From: a virus | Taxonomy: Duplodnaviria > Caudoviricetes | DNA length: 64,000 nucleotides | Reading direction: 5' to 3' (one strand) | IMG/VR virus record: IMGVR_UViG_3300037440_000315 | Coordinates: 36,871-100,870 of that record | Shown: positions 62,973-64,000 of the stretch, one piece after another | Layout: the number at the start of each line of letters is the position of its first letter | Numbering within the stretch: position 1 is the first letter of the stretch | The notes under the pieces: model-generated | Seen by the model: the letters and a program-made list of their open reading frames with translations, nothing else | Database searches by the model: none | What the model was told of the DNA's origin: nothing | Translations under genes and position numbers: made by a program

Positions 62973-63123
62973 TTTATAAAAATGGTCTGCAAAGCCGTGC
63001 ACACCGGTTCGATTCCGGTCGTCGCCTCCACCTACTGGCCTTATAAATCAACGATTTTGGCCATCGGTTCCAAGCGACACTCACGATAAAACTTTCAGAC
63101 CAAGGGGACAAACCGGGGGACAG
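62903..63123 (+). repeat. Integrase arm-type sites flanking the att core
   Basis: GGGGACA pairs at 62903/62915 and 63104/63116, each pair 12 bp apart. Confidence 0.65.
62984..63030 (+). other. att core: 3' half of tRNA-Cys(GCA)
   Basis: GGT-CTGCAAA-GCCG...CCGGTTCGATTCCGG...CGCCTCCA: anticodon loop, T arm and CCA present; no 5' half. Confidence 0.85.
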
Positions 63124-63197
63124 GAAGCTGTCTTCCGGTTCTGACGCACGCAGGCCGATAAACCGAGTTGTGGCGCATTTTCGGCACAGCCTGTTTT

Positions 63198-63861
63198 ACA
63201 CCTGTTCTAACTGAAAGTTGATGGAGGGCTGGAGATATGAAAATCAATTGGAACGAAAATCCGCTCCGAACCACGATTGATCTGAACGACGCCGACAAGC
63301 GGGAGCTTTGGCTGAAGATCAAAATCAAGATCATGGAGGACGAGCATCTTTTCGAAGCTTTCTACCATTTGGAAGAGGGTAAGAACTTCGATCTAGAAAA
63401 GGCGCGGCTCGCGGTCAACGAGGACTACCTTTTCAAGAAGACCGGCGACAATAAAAAAACGGAACTGGATCGCACCACCGATAAGCATTTCGACTGGTAC
63501 TTGGAGGCTCTGTCAGAGGAACATGTTGGTGACTGCACGTGCGTTCCGTGCACCTGCACCAAATGTCTTGCTGAAGATCTCGTCGGCGTCAATACCATAG
63601 AAGGGCTTCGCAAGCATGAAGCTTCGAAGGTAAGCGGCGCATTTGCTGACGACAGGAATATCCATGAAGCCGTCATCTGGCTCGCAACGCACGATCCAGA
63701 TGCATCGGCCGATGCAGATCCAGCAAGCTGGAAACACAGGAATCCTGAAATGTGGGCTGGTAATTTGCCACGATGGCGGCAGGAGCAGGTGCGGGCGCAT
63801 GCATGGCTGGTCAAATATCGTGACGAACATTTTGCTGCCGCCGCCTAACACCTGTTCTAAC
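63198..63861 (+). repeat. 14-bp direct repeat ACACCTGTTCTAAC flanking ORF 63237-63848
   Basis: Exact copies at 63198-63211 and 63848-63861. Confidence 0.7.
63237..63848 (+). CDS. Hypothetical phage protein with Cys cluster
   Basis: H.GDCTC.PC.C.KC; GGAG RBS. Confidence 0.65.
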   Translation: MKINWNENPLRTTIDLNDADKRELWLKIKIKIMEDEHLFEAFYHLEEGKNFDLEKARLAVNEDYLFKKTGDNKKTELDRTTDKHFDWYLEALSEEHVGDCTCVPCTCTKCLAEDLVGVNTIEGLRKHEASKVSGAFADDRNIHEAVIWLATHDPDASADADPASWKHRNPEMWAGNLPRWRQEQVRAHAWLVKYRDEHFAAAA

Positions 63862-63883
63862 CGAACGCGCCATGGAGGATGAG

Positions 63884-64000
63884 ATGAGCGAATACAAGCT
63901 TACACCGGCTCAAGAACGCATCGTCGAGGTGCTGATGAAGCGACCATTGGAAATACCGGCGAAGACCATCGGCTACGGATGGCGGCTTCCGCTTGGCGTC
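63884..64000 (+). CDS. Hypothetical protein, partial
   Basis: GGAGG RBS then MSEYKLTPAQERIV..., open to the window end. Confidence 0.5.
   Translation, partial: MSEYKLTPAQERIVEVLMKRPLEIPAKTIGYGWRLPLGV

Larger units (their letters stand above)
1..64000. mobile_element. Temperate podovirus-like bacteriophage genome segment (alphaproteobacterial host), extends beyond both window ends
   Basis: Continuous phage module order: virion genes, terminase, late leader, replication, cro/cI, recombination, xis/int, att. No host housekeeping genes seen. Confidence 0.95.

Noticed and set aside
62960-63030. Intact tRNA-Cys gene
   Set aside because: No 5' acceptor strand or D arm upstream; that sequence is the integrase stop and an AT-rich stretch.
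1-64000. CRISPR array, rRNA or IS transposase
   Set aside because: No regularly spaced repeat-spacer units, rRNA-like sequence or transposase motifs seen.

Overview
The whole window reads as about 64 kb of one temperate podovirus-like phage of an alphaproteobacterial host (GcrA-, LdtR- and Omp25/RopB-like genes); no host housekeeping genes are seen. Left, minus strand: a T7/BPP-1-style morphogenesis operon (ejection proteins, tail tube A/B, decoration, capsid, scaffold, portal, TerL, P22-gp3-like TerS). Upstream of it in the same direction is a ~13 kb glycan-biosynthesis cluster: three paralogous GT-A glycosyltransferases, a Maf/sialyltransferase-like protein, UDP-galactopyranose mutase, two FkbM and two other SAM methyltransferases, a sulfotransferase-like protein, a P-loop kinase and a ParB-like protein, plus one GT25 on the opposite strand. 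Middle: a structured late leader, an HNH-SF2 helicase cassette, a replication initiator with iterons, a DNA methyltransferase with a nested HNH gene, and the cro/cI switch. Right, plus strand: ERF/exonuclease recombination genes, xis/int and a tRNA-Cys-derived att site with arm repeats on both sides (attP-like). Main finding: the tripeptide D-T-G occurs 32 times in five predicted virion-surface proteins and was not seen in the internal, packaging or enzymatic proteins. Two of the five genes lie in or at the head of the glycan cluster. This suggests a phage-encoded, sequon-directed virion O-glycosylation system (inference). All product calls come from motif recognition by eye; no database searches were run.
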